64,000 nt of DNA from Octopus vulgaris (taxonomy: Eukaryota): assembly GCA_951406725.2 (NCBI GenBank), contig OX597816.1, positions 52,142,001 to 52,206,000 on the forward strand. The letters are read 5' to 3'. The notes beneath the pieces are model-generated. The model saw nothing but the letters and a program-made list of their open reading frames with translations, had not been told where the DNA came from and did not search any database. Made by a program: the position numbers and the translations under genes. Positions 63,999-64,000 of the stretch are shown piece by piece (position 1 is the first letter of the stretch; every line of letters starts with the position of its first letter).

Positions 63999-64000
63999 CC

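Larger units (their letters stand above)
59768..64000 (-). mobile_element. Apparently intact Tx1-clade (L1 group) LINE; 5' part lies beyond the window
   Basis: Two uninterrupted ORFs separated by 9 bp, and a ~250-bp 3' UTR ending gccccttgtgggtaataataaaacaa. Confidence 0.93.

Overview
Repeat-saturated, AT-rich animal genomic DNA with no recognisable host exon. The SINE families and microsatellite load suggest an octopus/cephalopod, but this is inference. The window contains: an apparently intact Tx1-clade LINE running off the right edge (EN-RT ORF2 of 1129 aa plus a CCHC ORF1 C-terminus); truncated or decayed RTE, CR1-group, Tx1, R4/Dong and HERO-like retroelements; mariner/Tc1 relics, MITEs, a hAT remnant and Helitron-like 3' ends; several tRNA-derived SINE families; and a 34-bp minisatellite derived from a SINE segment. 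The most notable signal is a set of small non-coding tandem or fold-back elements, mostly next to (TA)n. They carry minimal type-I hammerhead ribozyme motifs at five loci (about 8.05, 8.4-8.65, 21.3, 39.1-40.0 and 44.0 kb). Their stem-III segments are different self-complementary sequences (CTATAG, CACGTG, CTAG, CCGCGG, and the near-palindrome TCGG), consistent with a retrozyme or Penelope-pLTR-like system. A second notable signal is that the tail of one abundant SINE matches the 3' end of the intact Tx1 LINE. All alignments and folds were made by eye, so coordinates may be off by a few bases.
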